Part shown: positions 10,708 through 18,446 of the stretch, piece after piece
Position numbering within the stretch: position 1 is the first letter of the stretch
Layout of the letters: each line of letters begins with the position of its first letter
Source: Methanocaldococcus jannaschii DSM 2661
GTDB lineage: Archaea; AGJL01; Methanococci; Methanococcales; Methanocaldococcaceae
Direction of reading: 5' to 3'
DNA: 32,000 bases
Assembly (NCBI RefSeq): GCF_000091665.1
Contig: NC_000909.1
Span: forward strand, 503,581-535,580
Translations under genes and position numbers: made by a program
Notes under the pieces: generated by a model
Database searches by the model: none
What the model was told of the DNA's origin: nothing
The model's input: only the letters and a program-made list of their open reading frames with translations

Positions 10708-11498
10708 TTTGCAATCTCTTCTATATAATTTCTCAAATCATTATATTTTAAAAAACTCTCTCCTTTGCAGTAGCATTCAACTATTCTCTTATCATAAGGA
10801 ATTTTGAAGTTATAACCAATTTTTAAATCACTGATTCCATATCTATTCAAAACAATCTTGTATGGAATATTTAGCTTTTCCACAACCTTGATTATCCTCT
10901 TTGCATCTGAAACACCAAAAGGTGTTGGCTCTGTAACTATAAGGACTTTATCTGCGTTAATTAATGCTCTCACAACGTTACAGTGAGTTCCTGCGGCAGT
11001 ATCTACAATGTTAATTTCGCAGTTTTTTGATAAACCATATTTCTTTGTTTCAGTTACGATTTTTGCTGTCTTTCTCTCTCCCAAGTTTGATTTTCCTACA
11101 ATTAGATATCCATTATCAAATTTTTTCTCGTAAATCTTTCCAATGCTCTTCTTTTTAAATGTTATATTGCTATTTATTCCACAAGCTTTACAGCCACTGC
11201 ATAAATCCTCAATAAATATTAATTTATCTCCAACTTTTAATAAAGCTCCTTCTTTACATACATTATTATAGTTGTAAGTTTTACCCTCCTCTATATTTGG
11301 AACTTCAATAAAAACTTCTCTTGCTAAGAATAAATCCTCACAACCTGTTAAGTAGGGAAGATTTGGCGTCTCAACATCACAATCTATTAAAGCAGTTTTA
11401 TAATTCTCAATAAAATAAAAAAAGAGGTTTGCTGACAAGGTAGATTTTCCAGTCCCTCCTTTACCACCAGTTACTGCAACAATCATCATCTCACTCAA
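10689..11498 (-). CDS. MinD/Mrp-like P-loop ATPase with reduced ferredoxin-like insert (paralog of the 9877-10707 gene)
   Basis: VTGGKGGTGKSTLSANLF; IEDLCSGCKACGINSNITF; IVDTAAGTHCNVVRALINADKVLIVTEPTPFGV. 19-nt overlap with the downstream gene. Confidence 0.92.
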   Translation of the reverse strand: MSEMMIVAVTGGKGGTGKSTLSANLFFYFIENYKTALIDCDVETPNLPYLTGCEDLFLAREVFIEVPNIEEGKTYNYNNVCKEGALLKVGDKLIFIEDLCSGCKACGINSNITFKKKSIGKIYEKKFDNGYLIVGKSNLGERKTAKIVTETKKYGLSKNCEINIVDTAAGTHCNVVRALINADKVLIVTEPTPFGVSDAKRIIKVVEKLNIPYKIVLNRYGISDLKIGYNFKIPYDKRIVECYCKGESFLKYNDLRNYIEEIANWIIWG

Positions 11499-11847
11499 AT
11501 TTTTCTAATTTTCCTTCTAAAAATAGCTTTATGCATTCATCAATAGATGTTGTATTAGCTTTATAAACATCAATGCCAAGCTGTTTAAAAACACTGTATG
11601 CCTTAGGTCCTATATTTTGGACTATTATGGCATTTACACCCATATTTGCAATTAATGAGGCTGATGTAGTTCCAACTCCATGCATGCCATTTCTTGCAGT
11701 GTTTTCAATGATCTCTTTATTTTTTATCTCTCCATTTTCAATCTCTACAATCATGAATTTTTCACACCTTCCAAAGTGTGGAGATAGCCGATTGTTATCT
11801 ATAGGTAGAGCTATTTTCATTAATTTCACCTTTAAAATTTTCGTCAT
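11491..11847 (-). CDS. NifX/NifB/dinitrogenase iron-molybdenum cofactor-family protein, 118 aa
   Basis: MKIALPIDNNRLSPHFGRCEKFMIVEIENGEIKNKEIIENTARNGMHGVGTTSASLIANMGVNAIIVQNIGPKAYSVFKQLGIDVYKA. Probable start is the internal Met at position 11 (KIALPIDN...). Confidence 0.9.
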   Translation of the reverse strand: MTKILKVKLMKIALPIDNNRLSPHFGRCEKFMIVEIENGEIKNKEIIENTARNGMHGVGTTSASLIANMGVNAIIVQNIGPKAYSVFKQLGIDVYKANTTSIDECIKLFLEGKLEKFE

Positions 11848-11909
11848 TCTTCAATATTACAACGCTTATGCGAGAAAATATATAAAATTTACTGAAATAT
11901 TATCCAAAT

Positions 11910-11967
11910 ATTTGAATTCTTTTTAAAAATATTAAAATATATCAATTAATCGAAAACTATAAATATT
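11910..11967 (+). promoter_or_regulatory. Extended shared promoter, copy C
   Basis: atttgaattctttttaaaaatattaaaatatatcaattaatcgaaaactataaatatt; same block as copies A and B. Confidence 0.7.
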
Positions 11968-11988
11968 ACTTTTAAAACCCAATAATAT

Positions 11989-12098
11989 TTAGTGTCTTTC
12001 AAAACATTTTGTAATACCTTAAGGTATTAATGAACGCCTTCCTTTAGGAAGGTGTTCAAATTTTCCTTAATAAATTTATTAATTTTGAAAGACACTAA
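11989..12098. repeat. MITE-like or structured-leader compound inverted-repeat element, 110 bp
   Basis: Terminal 16-bp perfect inverted repeats ttagtgtctttcaaaa (11989-12004) and ttttgaaagacactaa (12083-12098). Internal palindromes: taataccttaaggtatta (12012-12029), tgaacgccttcct/aggaaggtgttca (12031-12043/12046-12058, one G-U), ttaataaatttattaa (12067-12082). Confidence 0.85.
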
Positions 12099-12110
12099 TT
12101 GGTGAGGGTT

Positions 12111-12359
12111 ATGGTAGTGATAAGGATATTCGGAACGGGCTGTCCAAAATGTAACCAAACATACGAGAACGTTAAAAAAGCAGTAGAAGAACTTGGCATA
12201 GATGCAGAGATTGTTAAAGTTACAGATGTCAATGAGATAGCTGAATGGGTTTTTGTTACACCTGGAGTAGCATTTGACGATGTAATTGTCTTTGAAGGAA
12301 AAATTCCCTCTGTTGAGGAAATTAAGGAAGAGTTAAAAAGTTACTTAGAGGGGAAATAA
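12111..12359 (+). CDS. Small thioredoxin/glutaredoxin-like redox protein, about 82 aa
   Basis: VVIRIFGTGCPKCNQTYENVKKAVEELGIDAEIVKVTDVNEIAEWVFVTPGVAFDDVIVFEGKIP. ATG at 12111 follows SD ggtgagg; the ORF track starts at TTG 12099. Confidence 0.9.
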   Translation: MVVIRIFGTGCPKCNQTYENVKKAVEELGIDAEIVKVTDVNEIAEWVFVTPGVAFDDVIVFEGKIPSVEEIKEELKSYLEGK

Positions 12360-12745
12360 TGAAAGTGGCAATTATCGCATGTCAAAAAATGGTTGAAATG
12401 GGATGTCCTGGGAAAGAGGCATGCGTATCTTGCTTTAAAGCAATAAATGAGAAGAGTGGAGCTTTTGAAAGATACAAAGATGTTGAGTTAGTTGCATTTA
12501 CAACCTGTGGGGGTTGTCCTGGAAGGAGATTTCCAATGAGAGTAAAGCTATTAAAAACTGCTGCTGGAGCTGAAGCTATTCATATAGCAAACTGCACCTT
12601 CTTACAGCCAGAATGCCCATACATAAACTTTGATGAAATCTGTAAGAAGTTGATGGAAGAGTTGGAGATTCCAATTGTATTTGGAACTCATACATTGGTT
12701 AAGAAAGGAGAAGTTGTTTGCACCTGTGGAGACAATAAGGAATAA
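12359..12745 (+). CDS. CGGC-domain (Cys-rich, putative metal-binding) protein
   Basis: AFTTCGGCPGRRFPMRVKLLKTAAGAEAIHIANCTFLQPECPY, a CGGC domain signature, with many Cys. Confidence 0.85.
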   Translation: MKVAIIACQKMVEMGCPGKEACVSCFKAINEKSGAFERYKDVELVAFTTCGGCPGRRFPMRVKLLKTAAGAEAIHIANCTFLQPECPYINFDEICKKLMEELEIPIVFGTHTLVKKGEVVCTCGDNKE

Positions 12746-12811
12746 CCCTATATTTATTTTTATAAATATTTTGATTAATTAACTCAAATTTATAGATTAT
12801 GTGGTGAAAAT

Positions 12812-12985
12812 ATGATTGTTTGGAACTTAATCTGTCCAAAGTGTGGAAAGAGGTTGAGATATAAGGTAGATGTTTGCCCGTGCATGGCTTCTGAGGTAGA
12901 GCTTCCAAACTGCCCAGATTGTGGAGAAAAGATGGTTCATGATTATACTTCATTAAAAGGAAGAAGGAGAATTAGGAGGGGATGA
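12812..12985 (+). CDS. Small zinc-ribbon protein, 57 aa, not in ORF track
   Basis: MIVWNLICPKCGKRLRYKVDVCPCMASEVELPNCPDCGEKMVHDYTSLKGRRRIRRG*. Preceded by ggtgaaaat. ATGA overlap with the next gene's start. Confidence 0.85.
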   Translation: MIVWNLICPKCGKRLRYKVDVCPCMASEVELPNCPDCGEKMVHDYTSLKGRRRIRRG

Positions 12986-14079
12986 AAATGGATGTTATGA
13001 GCTTTATAATGAACATTATTAATGTTATGATAAACACAATCATCGATTATTTAAATGTAAATAGAGTCTTAGCCTTATTGATGGCTTTCTTAATGGCTGG
13101 AGGCATTGCTTCAATGATTAACAAGAACTTTATTATAAAATATTTCGGTTCAAACACACCAAAATACATATCCTATACTGTAGCTGCTGTTAGTGGTAGC
13201 TTATTAGCTGTCTGTTCTTGCACTATCCTTCCATTATTTGCCAGTATTTACAAAAGAGGAGCTGGAATAGGGCCAGCAACAACATTCTTGTTCTCTGGGC
13301 CAGCAATAAATGTTTTGGCTATATTTTACTCAGCGGCATTGCTTGGATGGGACATTGGATTTTTAAGGGCTGTGTTTGCAGTAGTAGTCTCAATACTTAT
13401 TGGTTTATCAATGGAGATAATATTTAAAAGCCATGAGAAAAAGAGAGCTTTAAGAGTCCCAAAGGCAGATAAAATATCAGATAGGCCTCTATATCAAACA
13501 ATAACATTCTTTGCTCTGCAGTTTATCATGTTGTTGGTAATTACCGCCTCACCCAAGCTGTTTCCAACGTTATCAATGCCTCTATACGATGGATTTTTAT
13601 TAAAGCATCTGCTATTTATAATACTTGGGATTATCTTGGCTGTAACAACAAAAATCTGGTTTAAAGATGAGGAGATTAAGAACTGGCTCAGAGAGAGCTT
13701 TACACTGCTAAAGATTGTCTTTCCACTGCTAATTATTGGAGTTGCCATAGCTGGAGCTATTAAGGCAATTATCCCACCAAGTTATATAGCAACCTATGTA
13801 GGAGGAAACTCCATAACTGCCAACTTTATTGCCTCATTTATTGGAGCTTTGATGTATTTCGCCACATTAACAGAAGTGCCAATTATAAAGGCATTGATGG
13901 AGCTTGGTATGGGTGTAGGGCCGGCAATGGCTCTGCTGTTAGCTGGACCAAGTTTGAGTATTCCAACAGTCTTAACCATCTCAAAAGTCTTAGGAAAGAC
14001 GAAGGCTTTAACATATTTGGGTTTAGTTGTTATATTCTCAACAATATGTGGCTATATAGCTGGAATAATCCTCAGATAA
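12982..14079 (+). CDS. Permease of the ArsP/DUF318 (YraQ-like) family, 365 aa
   Basis: Multiple TM helices; VSGSLLAVCSCTILPLFASIYKRGAGIGPATTFLFSGPAINVLAI and ATLTEVPIIKALMELGMGVGPAMALLLAGPSLSIPTVL motifs. Confidence 0.9.
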   Translation: MKMDVMSFIMNIINVMINTIIDYLNVNRVLALLMAFLMAGGIASMINKNFIIKYFGSNTPKYISYTVAAVSGSLLAVCSCTILPLFASIYKRGAGIGPATTFLFSGPAINVLAIFYSAALLGWDIGFLRAVFAVVVSILIGLSMEIIFKSHEKKRALRVPKADKISDRPLYQTITFFALQFIMLLVITASPKLFPTLSMPLYDGFLLKHLLFIILGIILAVTTKIWFKDEEIKNWLRESFTLLKIVFPLLIIGVAIAGAIKAIIPPSYIATYVGGNSITANFIASFIGALMYFATLTEVPIIKALMELGMGVGPAMALLLAGPSLSIPTVLTISKVLGKTKALTYLGLVVIFSTICGYIAGIILR

Positions 14080-14098
14080 GATAATATTTGGTGAAGAA

Positions 14099-14716
14099 AT
14101 GAAAAAATTAGCTTTTTTAATACTTTTAATTGTATTTTCTAATTTATCATTAGTAAATGCTATAGATGACAATATCTCAAATTACAGCAAAGAAATTAAT
14201 GAACTTACTGTAAAATTAAAAGAATTAGAGAGTAAAAATCCAAACGATGAGAGGATTGAAGAATATAAAGAGAAACTAAAACAATTGATAGAGAAACAGC
14301 ATGAATTAAAATCTCAAAATCTAAAATATAATGAAACTTTGGCATATATCCAAAGTGAAGAGTATTGGAAAATGCAGGAAGAGATTTGGGAATATAACAA
14401 TAAGGTTATGAAATGGTTTATTGCTATCTCAATCTTAATTTTAGGGATAATTTTAGCTACATTATGGATTCTTAGAAAAGATAAGTTTTTGTTATTCTTG
14501 GCAATATTTGGGTTGATAGTCCCATTCTTACAATTTAAAATTCCGAATTGGTTATTTAATATCTTAGCACTGCCTTTATTTGTCTATATTAAATTTATCG
14601 TTCCCGAATGCGCAGAAGGAAGCTTTTACTACAGCCCTTTAATAACTATACCAATCTCAATGTATGGATGGATATTAATTGGTTTGGCAGTTAAATTTAT
14701 AATAAAAAAGTATTAA
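14099..14716 (+). CDS. Signal/coiled-coil/multi-TM hypothetical membrane protein, 205 aa
   Basis: N-terminal hydrophobic segment, K/E-rich coiled coil, then 4-5 hydrophobic segments. Confidence 0.8.
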   Translation: MKKLAFLILLIVFSNLSLVNAIDDNISNYSKEINELTVKLKELESKNPNDERIEEYKEKLKQLIEKQHELKSQNLKYNETLAYIQSEEYWKMQEEIWEYNNKVMKWFIAISILILGIILATLWILRKDKFLLFLAIFGLIVPFLQFKIPNWLFNILALPLFVYIKFIVPECAEGSFYYSPLITIPISMYGWILIGLAVKFIIKKY

Positions 14717-14720
14717 AAAT

Positions 14721-14891
14721 TTATAACTCTTTTTTAACCTTCTCATTTAATTCTTTTAATTTGTTGTATAGCTCTTCGTAATCCTTAGTTTCTAAGCCAA
14801 GTTCTTTTAATTGGTTTAGTATAGCTTCAAAATGCTCCTCTGTATGATGTAAAGTATGAAGAAGCTTTTTTATTAATTTTTCCCTTTCCAT
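14721..14891 (-). CDS. Small helical hypothetical protein, 56 aa, not in ORF track
   Basis: MEREKLIKKLLHTLHHTEEHFEAILNQLKELGLETKDYEELYNKLKELNEKVKKEL*. SD-like ggtgaaaat upstream of the ATG. Confidence 0.6.
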   Translation of the reverse strand: MEREKLIKKLLHTLHHTEEHFEAILNQLKELGLETKDYEELYNKLKELNEKVKKEL

Positions 14892-14981
14892 ATTTTCACC
14901 AGTTAGTTATTTATACCCAACAATATAAACTAATGTTATCCAAAGTATATAAATGTTATTAAATTTTTGAGGGATAGTATT

Positions 14982-15479
14982 ATGCAAATGTGTGAGTTAT
15001 GCGGAAAGCTTACAGATAAGCTTTACAAGGTAATTATTGAAGGCTCTGAAATGAATGTCTGTAAAGAGTGTGCTAAATTTGGCAAAAGTCCAAAAACATA
15101 TTCAAGATTAGGTAAAAAAACTATAATAGGAAAAGGAACAATAACTACTAATAAACAAGTTAAAAAGCCTATTAAAAGAAGAAGAGATATATTTGATACT
15201 TTACCAATGTTAAGAGAGGATTATGGGGATGTTATTAGAGAAGCAAGAGAAAAGAGAGGTTTATCAATAGAAGAACTTGCTAAAAAACTTAAAATGAAAG
15301 CAAGTACTTTACAAAAATTTGAAAGGTATGAGTTAGAACCAAATGAAAAAGAAATTAAAATATTAGAGAAAGAGTTAAAAATAAGCTTAACTGAAAGTAT
15401 TGGGGAAGAAACTTCATATTATGGTGGTAGAGATGAAGATGGATTTACATTAGGTGATTTCATTAAAATTAAGAAATAA
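14982..15479 (+). CDS. MBF1-like zinc-ribbon plus HTH transcription factor
   Basis: [32 protein letters not shown]...[60 protein letters not shown] at 14982; the track uses TTG 14967. Confidence 0.92.
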
Positions 15480-15491
15480 TGAGGTAATAAT

Positions 15492-15614
15492 ATGGAAGGA
15501 GAAAGCTTATTTTTATTAGTTTCAATACTTTCTTTTGCAGTTATCATAAGTTTTGTAGTAGGATTATATATCTGGTATTTTAAATTAGGTGGTAGAAAGA
15601 TGATAGAGGATTAA
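15492..15614 (+). CDS. Single-TM microprotein, 40 aa, not in ORF track
   Basis: MEGESLFLLVSILSFAVIISFVVGLYIWYFKLGGRKMIED*, preceded by gaggtaata. Confidence 0.6.
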   Translation: MEGESLFLLVSILSFAVIISFVVGLYIWYFKLGGRKMIED

Positions 15615-15829
15615 CTTATTTTAATTTTTTGTAAATATCGTATAATATGGCTGAAAATACCCAAACAGTAAAAAATATTGCTACTGTATCTACTATTATC
15701 AAAGTCGTTCCTACACTAAAGGATACAACTCCAGAAGCAGTTTGTAAGTTGTAGCCCCTAAAAATACAATTTCATAACCAAAAATTATTTTAAATACATC
15801 AAATAAGTATGAGTAAAAAATAGAGGTTG

Positions 15830-15955
15830 ATGAGTATGGAACTTAATCCATTGATTATTGGAGTTATAGCAATACTTGTTTTTATATGTGGAGTTATGGC
15901 AATATTTTACTATTATTTTAGCAAGTTTGAGAAAGATATGAAGGATGCAAATTAA
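15830..15955 (+). CDS. Single-TM microprotein, 41 aa, not in ORF track
   Basis: MSMELNPLIIGVIAILVFICGVMAIFYYYFSKFEKDMKDAN*, preceded by gaggttg; may start at the internal Met (15836). Confidence 0.6.
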   Translation: MSMELNPLIIGVIAILVFICGVMAIFYYYFSKFEKDMKDAN

Positions 15956-16413
15956 TTTTTACTTATTTTCTTTAGATTTTTTATGATTTTTAGGTATTTG
16001 ATAATTAAGGTTGTTATTATTGTAAATCCTACGATTAAAACTAATCCTACAATGAATACGAATTCGATTGGTTTTAATGGGTGTTCTATTTGATATAATT
16101 CCATTGTGGTTAATGTTGCTAATATTGTAGCCAATATTGTTAGTGTTAAATCTCTGACAAATACACACCAGAGTTTATGCTTATCATAAATGGTTAAGTT
16201 TTCCATACATCTATAGGTTAAACCCATTCCAATTAAAATATTGAACCAGATTATGGGCGTTGGAAGTAATAAACACAATAAAAAGGTGTTAGTCTCTATT
16301 TTAAAAAACATTGAATAAATAATAATTGCTAATATCGAAGCAATCCAATAACCAATAAGTGTAATGACAACCTTAAGTATGAATGAAGAGTGTGCTTTAT
16401 ATTCATTAACCAT
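15952..16413 (-). CDS. Hypothetical membrane protein, 153 aa, 4 predicted TM segments
   Basis: ORF track; hydrophobic segments VVITLIGYWIASILAIIIYSMFF, FLLCLLLPTPIIWFNILIGMGL, LTLTILATILATLTTM, FIFVIGLVLIVGFTIITTLII. Confidence 0.65.
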   Translation of the reverse strand: MVNEYKAHSSFILKVVITLIGYWIASILAIIIYSMFFKIETNTFLLCLLLPTPIIWFNILIGMGLTYRCMENLTIYDKHKLWCVFVRDLTLTILATILATLTTMELYQIEHPLKPIEFVFIVGLVLIVGFTIITTLIIKYLKIIKNLKKISKN

Positions 16414-16533
16414 GGCAACACCATTGGGGGCTTATTTTTTTATTTTCCTAATTTTTTAAGAGATATTTAAATCCCACAATAATTTTTCCTTTTATTATTT
16501 TTATTATTTTCCTAAAACTTCTTACTGAATCTT

Positions 16534-17826
16534 TTAATCCTTCTTTTCTATAAACTCCCTCAAAACAGAGGTTGCATAATTTCCTTTTTTTAAACAAAAC
16601 TGCAAAACATAGCTGTCATCTTCAATCCAATATTTCATATTGTATATTTTTCCAATCATCGCCCTTCTATCTCCAATAAATGAACCAAACTCACCAATCT
16701 TGAAATCCTCTGGACTTAGATTTTCTCTCTCATAAATCTCTCTCTCAATCTCTCCTTGTATTCCAGATGCAAACCTTGTTTTATATCCAAACAATGCCCC
16801 ACTCGGCACATTATCAATTAAAATATCCCCTTCCATAGGTTCAAAGCCATACTCAAACCTTCTATTGATTATCTCATTGAATAAATAGGATTGATAAGCA
16901 TTTATAAACATGCACCTTAAGTATGGTGGAAGAATCATAAATGCCTTTTGATAGCTCCCAGTTTCTATATAAGCTTTAATCATCCTTCTTTCATAAAAGA
17001 AAGCCTTTGGGAATTTTTTATACGCCTCTTTAAAATTCTCTTCATCCACCAACTCCCTTGCCAACTTTGATTTTTTGTCATCGTAAGGAAGGGGAGTTCC
17101 ACAATATGCATGGAAAGCTCCCTCCCAGTCTCTCTCTATAATAAACCTCCCAACTATGTGAGTTATTGGCCTTGTAGTTCCAAACCTTTGAACACCATAG
17201 TAATTTAAGAAGTATTTTAGCTTACATAACTTATTTAAAGCTTCTTCCAATTCTTTTCCTTTAAGCTCAGGCTCTCTAACTCTTATAGTAAATCTATTCC
17301 CCCACAAATCCCCCAACCTTATTTTTCTATTTGTTTTTTGGAAATCTCTCAATATTATGCCTTTAATCTTAACTTTCATTAAATCTTCTAACTTTACATT
17401 AAAACAGCCCACTCTTTGAGTAGTTACGGCATATTTATCCTTATTGCCAGCAAATCCAAAATGCTTTCTCTGCTTTCCTACTCTGTTTGCTATTTCTCTA
17501 ATGGCATCTAAAGTTGTCCAATTCCTCTTCTCTAATGTGAAGTGTATATAATTTCCCTTCCAATTTTCTTCATCTTTAAATTCTATACTCTTTCCAACTT
17601 CTAAAATAATTCCTTCTGGAGTTATCTCTTCAACAATAAAATCCTCTGGATATTTTTTAATAATTCCTCCTGTATAAGCATCAGTTAAGTATTTATTCAT
17701 GTTTAATGGCATTTCTTTTAGCTTTTCTTTAATTCTGCTGTCTCTTAATTTTTTTCTATATCTTTTTAATTTTTCTTTCAAATTTTTTTCACTTTCTTCC
17801 TTTCTCTGCTGAATCAAAAAATACAT
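16534..17826 (-). CDS. truD: tRNA pseudouridine(13) synthase TruD, 430 aa
   Basis: GIIKKYPEDFIVEEI, HFTLEKRNWTTLDAIREIA, FGFAGNKDKYAVTTQ, NYYGVQRFG, NAYQSYLFNEIINRR motifs. Confidence 0.95.
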   Translation of the reverse strand: MYFLIQQRKEESEKNLKEKLKRYRKKLRDSRIKEKLKEMPLNMNKYLTDAYTGGIIKKYPEDFIVEEITPEGIILEVGKSIEFKDEENWKGNYIHFTLEKRNWTTLDAIREIANRVGKQRKHFGFAGNKDKYAVTTQRVGCFNVKLEDLMKVKIKGIILRDFQKTNRKIRLGDLWGNRFTIRVREPELKGKELEEALNKLCKLKYFLNYYGVQRFGTTRPITHIVGRFIIERDWEGAFHAYCGTPLPYDDKKSKLARELVDEENFKEAYKKFPKAFFYERRMIKAYIETGSYQKAFMILPPYLRCMFINAYQSYLFNEIINRRFEYGFEPMEGDILIDNVPSGALFGYKTRFASGIQGEIEREIYERENLSPEDFKIGEFGSFIGDRRAMIGKIYNMKYWIEDDSYVLQFCLKKGNYATSVLREFIEKKD

Positions 17827-17881
17827 ATAATCACCTACAATACTTTAATAGTAATTAGTTAAATCTTAATTTGGTGATAGT

Positions 17882-18190
17882 GTGAGACCTAAAGAGGTCT
17901 GGAGAGAGTTGTTAGAGATAGCAAAAAATTACTATGATGAGGATAAGATTTTTTACTCCAAAACAAAAAGAGGGGCTTATAGGATAAAAAGCTTTACCAA
18001 GGATAAAATAGTTATTGAAAAATTGAGAGGAAAGTTGGATGAGGTTTTAGGGAAAAAGAGGTTTGTTGAAAATTGGGATAAACTTGTTCATGGTGTTGAA
18101 TGGAATATACCACCAGCAATAAAATCTTTTCTAAAGTTACATCCAAAAATAGTGGAAAATGAAGATGGAAATCTTATTTATAAAGAATAA
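17882..18190 (+). CDS. Conserved hypothetical protein, 102 aa (GTG start)
   Basis: ORF track; well-formed ORF with upstream ggtgat. Confidence 0.7.
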   Translation: MRPKEVWRELLEIAKNYYDEDKIFYSKTKRGAYRIKSFTKDKIVIEKLRGKLDEVLGKKRFVENWDKLVHGVEWNIPPAIKSFLKLHPKIVENEDGNLIYKE

Positions 18191-18192
18191 CT

Positions 18193-18336
18193 TTATTCTT
18201 TTTTAAAGAGATGGCCGTGAGCTTTATTTACATGTCTTGTGTAATCTTTTGAATATCTGAAAATTTTTCCACATCTTGGACATTTAAAGAATGTTTCCCC
18301 ATCTCTACTTGTTATTTTTATAGCTTTTAATCTCAT
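18193..18336 (-). CDS. C2H2 zinc-finger microprotein, 47 aa, not in ORF track
   Basis: [48 protein letters not shown]-x2-C-x12-H-x4-H with conserved F; SD ggaggtgag upstream. Confidence 0.85.
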   Translation of the reverse strand: MRLKAIKITSRDGETFFKCPRCGKIFRYSKDYTRHVNKAHGHLFKKE

Positions 18337-18446
18337 AAAATCTCACCTCCATAATCGTTATTTGTTTAGGAGGTGAGAGTATATAAATGTTAAAAGAGAT
18401 AATAATTAGAATATTAAAAATCACTATAAAAATTTTTCTCTGAAAA

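Noticed and set aside
10025-11926. Plus-strand ORFs 10025-10330 and 11573-11926
   Set aside because: Antisense to the MinD-like and NifX-like genes.
12012-12029. Internal palindromes of the 110-bp element as simple transcription terminators
   Set aside because: They lie downstream of a good promoter and upstream of the SD of a gene on the same strand, and are nested inside matching terminal repeats, so terminator function alone does not explain the arrangement.
12699-12953. Minus-strand 84 aa ORF, and plus-strand 13218-13427 and minus 13494-13979 ORFs
   Set aside because: Overlap well-supported zinc-ribbon and permease genes; no SD or motif.
15615-15829. Possible minus-strand single-TM ORF (...YNLQTASGVVSFSVGTTLIIVDTVAIFFTVWVFSAILYDIYKKLK*)
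   Set aside because: Reads like a small membrane protein, but no ATG/GTG/TTG start upstream of the TM segment before an in-frame TGA. Could be a decayed or non-canonical-start gene; not supportable as a feature.
15959-16168. Minus-strand 69 aa ORF (MCICQRFNTNNIGYNISNINHNG...)
   Set aside because: Alternative frame inside the 153-aa membrane protein; low-complexity Asn/Ile.
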